A stretch of 64,000 bases of DNA from Hydrolagus affinis (Eukaryota): assembly GCA_012026655.1 (NCBI GenBank), contig JAAILG010000625.1:1-64000 (forward strand). Direction: 5' to 3'. Numbering within the stretch: position 1 is the stretch's first letter; each line of letters begins with the position of its first letter. Below the pieces are notes generated by a model. That model searched no databases, was not told the origin of the DNA, and worked only from the letters and a program-made list of their open reading frames with translations. The translations under genes were made by a program, and so were the position numbers. Shown piece after piece: positions 1-11,765 of this stretch.

Positions 1-105
1 GAGAGGAGGAATGGGGACAGGGAGAGAGCCAAATTGGGACAGGGGGAGAGGGAGGGGGAATTGGGACAGGGAGGGGGAGGGAGGGGGAATTGGGAGTAGG
101 AGAGA
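1..105. repeat. Purine-rich degenerate tandem repeat (gggaattgggacagggagrgrgag-like units)
   Basis: About four imperfect aattgggacaggg units with G-runs. Confidence 0.75.
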
Positions 106-204
106 GTTTGCAGGTGTGGGGCTCAGTGTGACAGACCTTTGTTACCTATATTTCTACCTGGATCTGTCATGCTCATCCATACGCGATCTTCTCGTATTAA
201 GGCA

Positions 205-327
205 GAGAGAGAGAGAGAGTGAGGGATGGGGGTTGGAGTGCGGCACACTCTGCAGCAGCAGCTCTGGGAGTAAACTGGAAAGGTCGTGAAAATCGTTCTG
301 CAATCCCCCCTCTCTCTCTCTCTCTCT
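205..327. repeat. (GA)n tract at about 205-220 and complementary (CT)n tract at about 309-327
   Basis: Read directly from the sequence. Confidence 0.8.
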
Positions 328-1599
328 TTCGCCGACTCGACTGAGTCGTTACGGTAAAATATAGAACGAGATTTGGTTGTATTTCTGAAATCATTGGTGT
401 CATTTGCTGGGGTTAACACAGAGAGCTTGGAGCCGCATACTTTGGAACTCAAGATGTGTGCGAATGAGTGCCAGCTAGTGCAGTATTGTGCTGATGATAG
501 GATGGGGTGACTGGTGGTCTGATTTCTCTCCAGCCTACGTGCGTAACTTTGTTTGCCTACCCTTTTCAATATCGCACTGTGACATCTAGTGGCACAATCT
601 CTTTGGGGACTTTGTTTTCTTCTAACAAAAAACAATGGGACAGTGCTTGGTGCATTCAGCAGTTGACCTATGCTTCACGCCCACAACTGCAGTGTTTTTT
701 TGCATACACTGTATGTAGTACAGTACACATCCACTGCCCCCAGAGAATGAATGAGAGTTGCTTGTTAATCTCAACGATTTGATAGAGATGTAAAACTGAC
801 AGAGTCTAACATTTCAAAATTCTTACAAGCACAAAAAGAACTGTTCATAAAGATCTTTCACTTCAGATTATCCAAATCACAAGCGTGAAGGTTGAGCTGC
901 TTACAACCCTAATCTGAATCCTGTGATGAAGTTGAACCTTGCAAACAGTCATGTAACCGATAATGATAGGATGGGGTGACTGGTGGTCTGTATATAATAT
1001 ATGTATTCCCATAATGTATGGAAGCTCTCCTATTCTTAATCTGCACAAAACTGCAAATTCCAATCCTGGCATCACTTATTGTACTGGATCATGTGGTCTA
1101 CAAGCAGATGACAAAAGTCATCATTCCATCTAACCCCACAATGGCAAATATCTGGAATGGGAGGAAAATGATTTAATTTGTGTATCTATGTATGCAATAC
1201 AAAATTATGAACCATCTGCTGCGCCTTGCAAGGCAGTAAAATGTTTTATGATTTAAGTAATTTAGATTGTGCAAGTCTCACTTCCTGAATCATTGCATCA
1301 TTTTAATTCCTCAGTTTGGTACTGTTTTAAAAAGCAGCGTTGGAGCCTGAAGCTTTGCTTCCTTGGAAGGGTTGCTACAGTGAGTGTGCCATTGTGAAAT
1401 ACATAATTGATGTGGACAGTAAAGGTGTACACACTGAAAGACTGGTTATGGCTGTTAGTTTAAATGATAATGCACCGTTGTTTGACAAGGTTAGTAGAGA
1501 AAGCAGCGTTTTATCTCCCATGTACACCTATTGGGTAAAAGGCAATACAGAGAGAAGGCAGCATGTCGGAATAGCGAGTTAGATTATCTTAACCATAGC

Positions 1600-2020
1600 A
1601 ATAATTTTGATGCTAGAGCTGGTGTCAGCACCTCTGGATTAAGGAGAGTACCCATTTCAAATGCAATCTATCAATCCCTAATGGATATTATGAATGTGTG
1701 AGGATGGGATCATACTTGGTTATCATACCTATCATGGTTGAATAACCTGCCTTTGGGAGGGAAATGGTGTAAAATTGAGAACAATTCTCCCCCTCCCTCA
1801 GTAATTTCATCCAGAAGAAAATTTGAGCAGTTTGCTATTGTGATATGAGTTCGAGATTAAATTATCGCCAGAGCAGTTTTCTGGAGTCCATATCTATGTT
1901 TTATGAAGTTGTGGAACCCTTTTGCAGTATGGTTCCACTATTGCTGGCAACTCTCCAGTACCTCAGTCATTCTATATGCAAGAGCCCAGATATTGAATGA
2001 CAGCAGGCTGTTCAACAGTA
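1600..2020. mobile_element. Two fragments (+ at 1600-1755, - at 1930-2020) of an ancient SINE-like repeat also seen at 33840 and 51140
   Basis: agcccagatattgaatgacagcaggctgttcaac (about 1983) aligns to agcctagatagtgagtgctggtagggtattcaac (about 33903); the reverse complement of 1700-1750 aligns to 33920-33975. Confidence 0.5.
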
Positions 2021-3958
2021 GGTTCTATACCTTCACTATTGGCATTTTACGAAAATTTCCGTAAAGTACTAGATTATATCAAGATTTCTCTCAGTATGGG
2101 CAAGTTTCACAGCACTAAATTGTTCATAATATGGCAGATCCTTAGAGAAGCATTTTGAATGTTGATGTAAGACATGAAATTAGAATACCATATTGATCCA
2201 GTAGGCGGTACTCTTTTGGCAATGTTAAGGCATTTACTGGGATTTTATAGCTGCTGAACTTTGCATTTCATTTTTTGCTGCAATGGACGTGGACTGCTTG
2301 ATTCTGATGGTTTGTCTGCCATATGGAAAAGTGTTGACATCAAAACTTTGAGCATAAATGAATCAGAAGTTGAATTCTTAATCAGTAATTTTCAGGTTTA
2401 TTGTCTTTAAAAGGACCTTAGAAAATAGTTTTGATGCTGATGAAGAGAGTGGCACTTTGAAAATTATAACAAAGTTGAGCCATTTTGATTTAGTGGTTTC
2501 TGGTGTTTGGTATTTGATTTGGCCCTTGTAACTTTGTTCAAATTAGCTTTTCAGCTTCTCAGCAGTTTAGTAGTGGACATGGAGCATTGGTTATTCACCC
2601 TACATGTTGTAAGGAAACTAAACTGTTTATTTAAAGGGGGAGGATTTATTGTGCCATACACACTTTGGCATGAAGTTATACTAAAGAGCAAGGCCAGGGT
2701 CAGGCATAATATAAATGAAATGCAGAGTAAATCCCATGTTCAGCTTCCACAATGCAATTCACCCTCGGCTTCAGTCAATTTTCCTGATTCTATTTCCTAT
2801 GTGTTGCTCCTGTGGTTTTTACTGGGTAAAGTGTCCACTATTACTGCATTTTAGGATATATTGTGCTATCTTTTTTGCTTCTCTCACTTGAAGCTAGTGG
2901 CATGAGCTGTGGTACTGGTTTGAGGTCAATGGGAAACCTCTGCTGTTTCATCCAAGCAGCCATTCTTTCTATGGGAGCCTTTTCTGATAATTTGCCAGAC
3001 TAAATTGCTGTGATTAGGCACTGTCACACACCGGTGAAAATAAGTACCATTCCATCAGGGGAACATATTTTAAAAATTAAATATATGTGAAGCTTGAGAC
3101 GGTTGAATATTTTAAAAGTAATCGTCTTTCTCCATATATTTGCTTTTAATTTTCTAAAACAAATGTTCTGTGCATTGTGTAGTTGGCAGCTGTTTCTCTT
3201 AACACTGGTTTTCTATGTCAGCAAGACTTCCCGTATGCATGTAGTTCTTCCATTGTTTCTACTATCAGTTTCACCGGTGAATTAATATTTGATCAGTTTG
3301 AATTATTAATTTATCCAAACAGGGGTCTTTCCCACACTATTCAACATCCCACCATACGATATATTATTCAAAACTTAGGGACAAATTATTTTGAAATTTG
3401 TAATCTAATTCCAAGGTTCCGAACAAGAGATTTGCAGCCTTGAGATTTCAGAATTGTACATACAGTATCTAGCAATTCAAGCCTTATTGAGTCTGGACCT
3501 TATGACTCCATTGCTTAGGAAGGTAGCAATTTTTAGTTCTGGCAATAATAATACTTGCTTTTGCAAAAGCAACTTATGTTGTTGAAACATCTCAAAACAT
3601 TTCATAGAATATATTGTAAAGTGTATTCATTGTGTATCTTGTGGGCGAGCAAACTACAGGTACTGGAAAGATTGTTTATGTGTATTTATAAGATGTTGAG
3701 TACACATTATTAAGTAGCTTCTGTTGTGGTTGTTGTCATGGTGCTTTACAATGGATTAGCTTGGACATAGTCAGTCACGACACAGAGAAACTCTTTTTGG
3801 ACAGTATTGTATGTTTAAAAAGAGAGGCATTGATGGAAGAAATGAATGTTGGAGATCTGCAAAGATTCTCTTTCAAATGCTGGGGTTCTCTTTCACCTAC
3901 TGGGTATTCTCTTTCAATGGTTATCCTAAAACTTTTTCTGATGCCATTTAAAAAAAAT

Positions 3959-4413
3959 TGTGGAGCCCTGTAGCTTACTGGTTAGAACACTCACCTCGCA
4001 AGCAAGAGTCCTGGGTTTGTTTTCTGGCAGGGTGAAACATTGGGAAAAGTTTCCTTGCACCACACACCTCCAGTAAGTAGGAACCTGGTCATTAGTCGAT
4101 TGGTGGATCGCTTTTCTGGGTGTAATAATTCTGTAACAAAAAAAATGCTCACTCAACAAAAACAACAAAATTACAATTGTATAGCACCTTTCATGTCAGG
4201 AGGGCGACTCAAGGTGCTGGACAGTCATTGTTTCAGACCGGAGCTCGGGTCGAAGACAATCCTCGACTGTTCATGGGACACTGCGTGCGCAATTGGCTGC
4301 TGTGTTTCGCCCCTATAATATGCAGTCAATTCACTTTACAGTATGTTCTGTGATGTACTTTGAGTTGTTTCAAAGATAAGGTGCTATATCAAATGCAAGG
4401 ATTATTATTATTA
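3959..4413 (+). mobile_element. tRNA-derived SINE, long subfamily (resembles Callorhinchus SINE2-1_CM as recalled), with a nested antisense L2 tail at about 4154-4225
   Basis: A-box-like tagcttactggttagaacac, central cagtaagtaggaacctggtc block, tail gctatatcaaatgcaaggattattatta. Confidence 0.85.
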
Positions 4414-7392
4414 TAAATGGACATATTTATGGCCCAGAGAAGCATAATTGTTTTGTAATCTTCACTCTTAATTCACAGTAGTCAGTTTATAGGAGAGTAT
4501 ATTGTGTGTGTGTTTGTTTGTTTAATAATTGAAAATGCATTGTCTGAATTTTACACAGGGAATTCACTTGTCAAACCTTTTAGAGATGTTGGTAGGACAG
4601 GGTTAAGATGAAAGAATATCCTATGCTAAACTAAAAAGGTTGGTAAATTTATCGATTGGTAGAGAATACTGACCATGATCATGTTCCATAGTATCTGTAA
4701 ATAGACAGATTGTTTCCTCATCCAAATTCACTACCAAAAAGCTCAGATGACGGCAGTTACTCATTGTTTATAAGATGTTGTTGATGCATGTTAGCTCCTG
4801 TATTTGCCGACATAACACTAAACAGTATTTTTTGATCATAATATGTTTTAGCCTCAATAGTCATTAGTGGCAAAGTATTCTTATCTATTCTAATTTTATC
4901 CCTGTTCTGAAAAGATTCTTCCAATGTATATCTTAACCCTTCTAGTCACCATTGATCCAAAGATACTTTAATGATCATGACATTTCAGCTCCCTAACACT
5001 GCTGGATGTCATAAATAATTTCAGTCAATTCTCGGATCATGTTATCATCCCTTAAGTTGATCACAATTAGCTTTATTAATTTGGATAGGGTATTTTTAAA
5101 CCAACACTGAGGAAAACTTTTTCTCCACTACACACATTTCAATTTTAATCTATTGTAATTGTGAAGGTTCCTTTATACTGTTCAATATTATGTACTGTGT
5201 CTGTACTATCATAAGTAATTATGATCTCATTGAGGTGAAGAAGGTTTGTGCTAAAGGTAGTTAGATGTAGAGCTCTTACCTATTCCTAATAGAAATTGTG
5301 GTAATTAATCCTATGGGTGCATATGTTGCATATAAATTTTAATAAATAATAAATTTGATTAAATTTGGAGTTGTAGTGTAAATCAGGTTACTATCTTGTC
5401 TTGTTGGTAACATTTGCTTGTCTGGAGTTGCATAGTCAATGTTGATTACATCTTTTGTATTTTATAGTAGCGATAAAATGCCAAGTCAAGATTGCCTCTT
5501 GAGACTTTTGTTTTGTTTACTGCGGAAAGATAATATTCTTATACACTATTAATGCCACTTTTTAAGATAGTAGCGTTCATCAACTTTACATGACTGTAGT
5601 AAATGTTAAAAGTTAAAATAAACGTGTTAATCTCTGAATTTGGAGGAATTGCAATGTGAATTGGTGCTGCAGTAGCACTCCATTGACAAAATTCAAACCT
5701 CTGCATTCTGGCATTATTAATTTATTACTCTGCCCACAACCTTTCCCTTCTTAACTTAGTTTAATGTATACACCTTTACATTTCAGACATTAAGCAGATT
5801 GATTGTTGTATTTTGTTGTGTGGAATCCAGTTTTGTCCTGTAGATTTAGTATTCTCCCTGTATAGAAGTAAACTGTCAAGGTATAATCTGTTTTGGAATT
5901 GATCTTGCAATAATTGAGCATGGTTAGGAGCCATATATGGAATCAGAAAATTTAGAATGAAATTAAGAATCCAATAAACTACTCTAGTTAGTTGTAGGAG
6001 TGACTTATTTTAAGGAATTGGTAAACGACACTTCTGGAGAAATACAGTATTTCAGAAGCAATTAGTCATGCAGCAGTTTTCCTTAGGGCTGTAATATAAA
6101 CTGCAGCTTTTAATAGCATTAAGAAAGAAGAGCGGAAAGATGCACGTCATTATAAATTCCAAAATCTGGGGCAGCATTGTTTTCTACAAGTTGGACATGT
6201 GTGCTATGTTTCCTGAATACTGTACATTGTTCAAGTTCAAGCAAAGTAGCATATGTTGTACAGCCTTTGTGTTTGTTCTGATCTTTCCATTTCTGCATTT
6301 ACCCTTCTTGACTAATATTTAGAAAGTTTCTCCCCACCATTTCAATTGGTACTCCCTGAGAAGGGAATGTGGTGGGTATTGCTTGCTTTCCTTGCAGCTT
6401 ATTGATTTGTTGATGTCTTCTAGGTGACTTACCTGTATCGGGCTCAACTTACTATTGGGTAGTTTTCCATGGCCTCATCTGCCGTGCCACCATGGCTGCA
6501 AGAGAATGCTGGTTGCGGTGATTTGAACTCTAAAACACCAGATAAATTGAAATGCTTAATTGTGTGAGATACTACAAATTGGTACAGATATTAGTAGTGT
6601 TTGAGACTGGTGTGCTGAAATCTGTGCAGATCAAAGATTCAGCATGGCCTACAATTTGTTTTCTGCTCGTTAATGGGCCATTTTCATGAAAGTGAATGTT
6701 GTACAAATTTTGCTCACTTCAACTGCTCAATGAGTTGTTAAAGTTAAACTCTCAACTGGCTCAGTCAATGATATGTGATATCTAATTATTGGTGATTCAA
6801 ACAACTTTTCCAGTATGATTTGTGGAATAGTTCATAACTAATTTGAATTATCAGGAAGTTATAATGATCTGGAAGTAGTAGTTGATTGTCTGTTAATATT
6901 CAATATAATACAGTGCTTGTTCACTGTGTTAGAAAGGTTTTGTGCAGACCAATTTAGGAGACAAAACAACTTTTGTTTTCTTTGTTGTTTCAAAATATGC
7001 CAGATTTTGTTGTGATTTCATTTGTGTCAGTTTCAAGATAGATTCATAATAGGATGAAGGGAACTGAAAATAAACTGGAATGATAATTCTGAAAAAATAA
7101 CCAACTTGTAAATATTTTAATGAAAAACATTGTGAATCTAATGTACACAAAGTGATGTACATGTATAAATATTTAGGAAATATTAAAATGATCACATTAT
7201 TGCCCTCAGTAAGATTCCTTGGTACTATTTACTCCAAAGTCTTGTTTGATGCTGTACTTTACTTGCAGAACTTGAACTTCTAATGAATGTTTGCTGAGAC
7301 TCCCACAGCTCTGGGAAAATGCTGCATTGTTGGAGGTTCTCACTGTGGATCAGATGTTAAATTAAGACATTACAATTTGATGAAGCAGCGCA

Positions 7393-7637
7393 TCCTGTAA
7401 CTCAGTGGTTAGAGCACTCACCTTACAAGAGACCTGTGATCGAATCCAGGCAGGTCAGGGCGAAACCTTGGGCAAGTTTCCCCACGCCTAATAATAATCC
7501 CTCCAAAAAAACACAATAATAAAATTGGTCATTTCAATCCATGACTGTTTGTGGAACACTGTTGTATGCAATTGACTGCTGCGTTTCGCCCACAAATATA
7601 TCTGTGAAGCGCTTTGAAACGTCTAGAAGACCTGAAA
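7393..7637 (+). mobile_element. tRNA-derived SINE, short subfamily, 3' tail lost
   Basis: A box taactcagtggttagagc, B box gatcgaatcc, body matches other copies. Confidence 0.88.
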
Positions 7638-7659
7638 CAAGTACAAATTTTGCTTTGAG

Positions 7660-7810
7660 TCTAGATGACTCAAAGTGCTTCACAGAATAAACTGTAAAGT
7701 GAATTGAGTGTATATTTTGTCCAAGACTTTGCCCTGACCTGCCTGGATTCGAACACAGGTCTCACACTTGTAAGGCTAATGCTCTAACCACTGAGCTACA
7801 GGACTCCACA
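7660..7810 (-). mobile_element. tRNA-derived SINE, internally deleted, antisense
   Basis: Reverse-complement head ggattcgaac...gctctaaccactgagctacaggactccaca joined to a tail fragment. Confidence 0.85.
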
Positions 7811-7909
7811 ATAAGCATATACTAATGGTTGAGCCATCATGATCCACACTATTCATTAAGTCTACAGTTCGCAAGCTTCAGTGTATTACACAAGATTATT
7901 ATTATATTA

Positions 7910-8109
7910 TAGTAAAAGCTTGTTTATCCAGCACCCAATTAACCGTAACATCCGCACATCAAAAAAAGGTCCCCATTCAATTAACCGAAATTTATCCAGA
8001 AAAATGCATTATTTAAAACAAATTGGTGTGTTTTCGGCCGAATATCCGGCACGCGCTTTCACCGGCATTGGCCAGGTCCTGAGGCTACCGCATAACCGGG
8101 CTTTTACTG
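7910..8109. mobile_element. Tc1/mariner (Tigger/pogo-like) MITE, copy A
   Basis: Decayed TIRs tagtaaaagcttgtttatcc / cataaccgggcttttactg, TA on both sides. Confidence 0.85.
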
Positions 8110-9248
8110 TATTTGAATATTATTTAGGTCCTGTTGGCTGGGAGTCATGCAAATCAAAGTTTCTACATTACAGAAACGATTAAATGAGTAAGCTTCGTTG
8201 TGATTCAGAAGACGCGATGTGCATGGTTTACAGTTGTACAGAATCATATACCTTGCAGGCACTTTAAGCGTGGACTTAATGTTAGATCAGTAGTACTGTA
8301 CATACCAGTTAGAAATTGGTTTTAATTGATACTTACATGAAACAGGGATTGAAAAGTATAGTTTATTCCTTGTTCTAGTTTCTGAACTGGGAAACTTCTA
8401 AAATGTATTAAGAAAGAGATACACATTTTATTTATAAACCACTTTGAACATATATGTGTAGTTTAGTTATTTTGCATTCCTTTTGAATGTGGTATGAATG
8501 GCACTTTCTACAAACAGCCAGATGTGCTGCAAGTCCAAGATTCAAAATGTTTAAATGGCTCTCTATACCTTTAGAGCCAAGTAGCCCTTAAATGACATGA
8601 TACAACAGTGAAAGGATTTAGAGCAATTGGTATTCATCTGATATTTTTCCCATGTATAAATCCGTAACTAAATTTATAAATAAACATAGTTATTTTTGGA
8701 AAAAAAATCAACGGTACTTTTTAAATGATTAGTTTAAAGGTTTTTTTAAAAAAAGTTCCATCAGATTATAAATGACTGAACAAAGCATTAAAAATGCCAA
8801 GAACCTATTCACTGTTGCTCATACTGTTGCTCGTAAATTCCATTCTTACTATTGCTTACTATTATAAATGTACTTCTTACTATTCCAGTTGTTTATTTTC
8901 TATGGTATTTGGCTGATCTGTTCTGACTTTATTTGCATAGAAGAGTAAATCTGATGTTTTTATGTTTTATATATCATGTAGTGCAGCAAACCATCAAAAA
9001 TCTTCTAAGGCAATTTTACTGAGATGGCAGTAACAAATAGTACAACACTGCCACCACCTGGATAACAAAAGTGACACAACCACTTTGAGTGCCAAGTAGT
9101 CTTTTCTATTTTCCTTACATTTTAAGCATAATAATCCTTGCATTTGATGTAATGTATTAGCTTGTCGAAACACCTCAATTGCTTCACCGAGTTTTTTGTT
9201 AAGTATTGTGATTTTATTTATAGGTAAGCGAATTTCTGCACACAATGT

Positions 9249-9312
9249 AACAACAACAACAACTTGCATTTATATAGCGCTGTCCACGCCGGGTGGCGTC
9301 TCAGAGCACTTT
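9249..9312 (-). mobile_element. L2 LINE 3' tail, antisense
   Basis: (caa)n followed by cttgcatttatatagcgct...tctcagagcac, the reverse complement of the tails near 9930 and 19815. Confidence 0.75.
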
Positions 9313-9406
9313 GTGAATGGCATTTTTGAATAAAGTATAATTAATAGGTTTTGAAGGCTGAACAGTTGCCATTGATAGAGTTATGTGTTGAGTTGAGTTT
9401 TAAGAT

Positions 9407-9985
9407 CGCTAAAACCTTGGTCCATTGCCTTTGTCACCTCTCGGCTGAACTACAGCAATGCCCTCCTCGCCGGTCTCCCCACCACCACAATCCACAAAAT
9501 CCAGCTAATTCAAAACTCTACTGCCCGCATACTCACCTGCACCAAGCTTCGCTCCCTCATTACCAGACTTCACTGGCTCCCTGTCCCTGAGAGGCTCGAC
9601 TTCAAGATCCTCACCCTTGTTTTCAAGTCCCTCCACTCCTCTAAACCCCTCTACCTCTCTGATCTTCTCTCTCCCCAAACCAGCATCCGCTGCCTTTGCT
9701 CCACCGGGTCTGGTCTCCTCCATGTCCCCCGAATCCTCCGCTTCATCCTTGGCAGCCGTGCTTTCAGCCACTACGTCCCAAGACTCTGGAACTCCCTTCC
9801 TCACTCCTTTCGCCTTGCCCCCTCTCTTCCCAGTTTCAGGTCACAGTTAAAGACCTTTCTGTTCGACCGCGCCTTTGGTCACCTTTCTACCCCTGTCCCG
9901 GCTCGGTCCGGGATCCGCTATTGTGAAGCGCTCTGAGACGCCGTCCGGTGTTGAGAGCACTATATAAATCAAAGTTGTTGTTGTT
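9407..9985 (+). mobile_element. 5'-truncated L2 LINE (ORF2 C-terminus plus 3' UTR), frameshifted
   Basis: [34 protein letters not shown] motifs; (ttg)n tail; near-copy of 19281-19866. Confidence 0.92.
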
Positions 9986-11577
9986 ATCTTGCATGTGAGT
10001 GCTTTGCTGTAATTGGGCATTGAGGTAAGAGAGAGATAAAGCTTGCACAGTCAAGTACCTTCTCTCTCCTACCTTAAATTGGTCATAAAAAGATCCTAAG
10101 TGTGGTTATCACATTGTTGAGATGTCTCACATAAATGGATCATTCTCCGACAGTTCTATTATTCTGTATTCTGTTTTCAAGACTGATGAGTCAGGTGAAA
10201 CATGCAAGGTTATCTTATTACAAAAATTCACCTTAACTCAGAAGAGTACATCCTATACTGTGTTGTTTAATATTTCAATTTACCAAAGCAGCTGTGATTC
10301 TTAAATGAGACTGCTCATTCGACCTGAATAATAGGCAGTTTCTGCTGTGGACTCCTGCCCAGCAGAGGATTTGTGCTCAGAAAGACATCACAGGCATTTA
10401 ATGATTGGAATCACATTAATTGGCATTGGTTCTTTGTTACTACTTCTGTAGCCAACTAACTTTTAAAACTATTCACAATCACAACCTCTATTTCTAATAT
10501 CTTTTAGTATTGGATTTGTTTAATCTGATTGTTTTACAAACATTCAAATACAGCACTTAACTATTTTGTTGTTGACCACTAATCTTTCAACTGTGGTTTC
10601 TCTATCCCCTTTGGTTTACCTCTATATGTTTATAGCGTTTGCAATAATTCTGATTGATGAAATGCATGAAAAGTTCTGTCAAATGTTTAGGCAATTTGAA
10701 TTGTCGAGTTTCTTAACAAATTTAGCTTTTTCAATTTGCCTTCTAATTCCTTTGCCTTAATATCCATCTAAGTTCATTTTCAACTCCCAAGATACTATAT
10801 GGTTGTACACATATTTTGTTTATTTCAGTTAAAAACATTTTTGCTAAAGCTTACATCCTTTTGGTTTCTAGTGTTTTGCAGAGGTGTTTTGGGCATTGAG
10901 TCATCTAATTTAGTTACAAAAGTAAATTTCACCAAAGTATATATGGGCAAATGGATGCCAGGTTTGGTTTAATTGAGTTAAGGCCAAATTTAACGTTTCT
11001 GTGTTAGAAACTGAGCTAAACGTTTCTGTGTTAGAAACTGATTGAACAGACAATCTGGTCATTGATGTGTTTTTACTTAAGTATGATAATTTTATATTGG
11101 GATGCATTTATTGTTGCAGTGCTTCGACATCACCACTGAATGAATACAATACATAATTTGATTTTACAAATGGATAAGGTTTCTACAAATGAAATGAGAC
11201 TTTGAACAAATAGTTGGACAATTTTGAAATGCCTGATGGCCTCCAACATCCATGACAGCTGGTAGTGTGTTTTTTTAAGAAATGTTTTAGTTCTATCATA
11301 CTAATTACTTGATGTAATAGGATTTTAACTTCCTGTATTTGTCTTGCTTGCGTTGTTTTACTTCTTCACAGCATGCATCTGTGCTTGTTTTAAACGTAAA
11401 CCGTTTGAAGAGAATAACAACAACAAAACAAAATTACATTTGTGTAACAAATGCTTTGTAGTGAATTTAAGTAAAAAATTAATTCACTGTGTTTGGTGTT
11501 CATAATTTTTTTTTCTTGTGGCTTCATTGTATCAGAAACAGTTATTTACTATAAAAACTATTCATGTACTAAAACAA

Positions 11578-11765
11578 TTCCTTGGCACTATTTGAAAAGT
11601 GAAGGGAAGTTCTCTTGGTTTCTTAGTGAATAATCCTTCATACAAGTTAGCCATTTCCTTTAAGGATCTCTGTGGGACAGTTGCTGTGCTTGGATTGGCT
11701 ACTGTGTTCATCTTCAGATAAGAAACACTGCACTTTGTAAGGAATCATAACAAATGCAAGAATTA
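11578..11765 (+). mobile_element. Degenerate Deu-domain SINE, 3' half
   Basis: ccttggcactatttgaaaag...gaagttctcttgg and tgtgggacagttgctgtgc...ttggct match the copy at 42140-42260. Confidence 0.55.

Noticed and set aside
11-635. ORFs 11..289 (+) and 123..635 (-) as genes or AGPS exon 1
   Set aside because: They arise from G-rich and (GA)/(CT) low-complexity DNA. I saw no PTS2 (RLxxxxxHL) or IPKKR-like end with a phase-2 donor.
2438-2470. CTGATGA-agagagtggcacttt-GAAA as a hammerhead
   Set aside because: Helix II is offset and helices I and III cannot be formed convincingly.
10183-10215. CTGATGAG-TCAGG-TGAAACATGC as a hammerhead ribozyme
   Set aside because: Core boxes are present, but helix II is at most one wobble pair, no properly placed GUH follows, and helix I is not evident.
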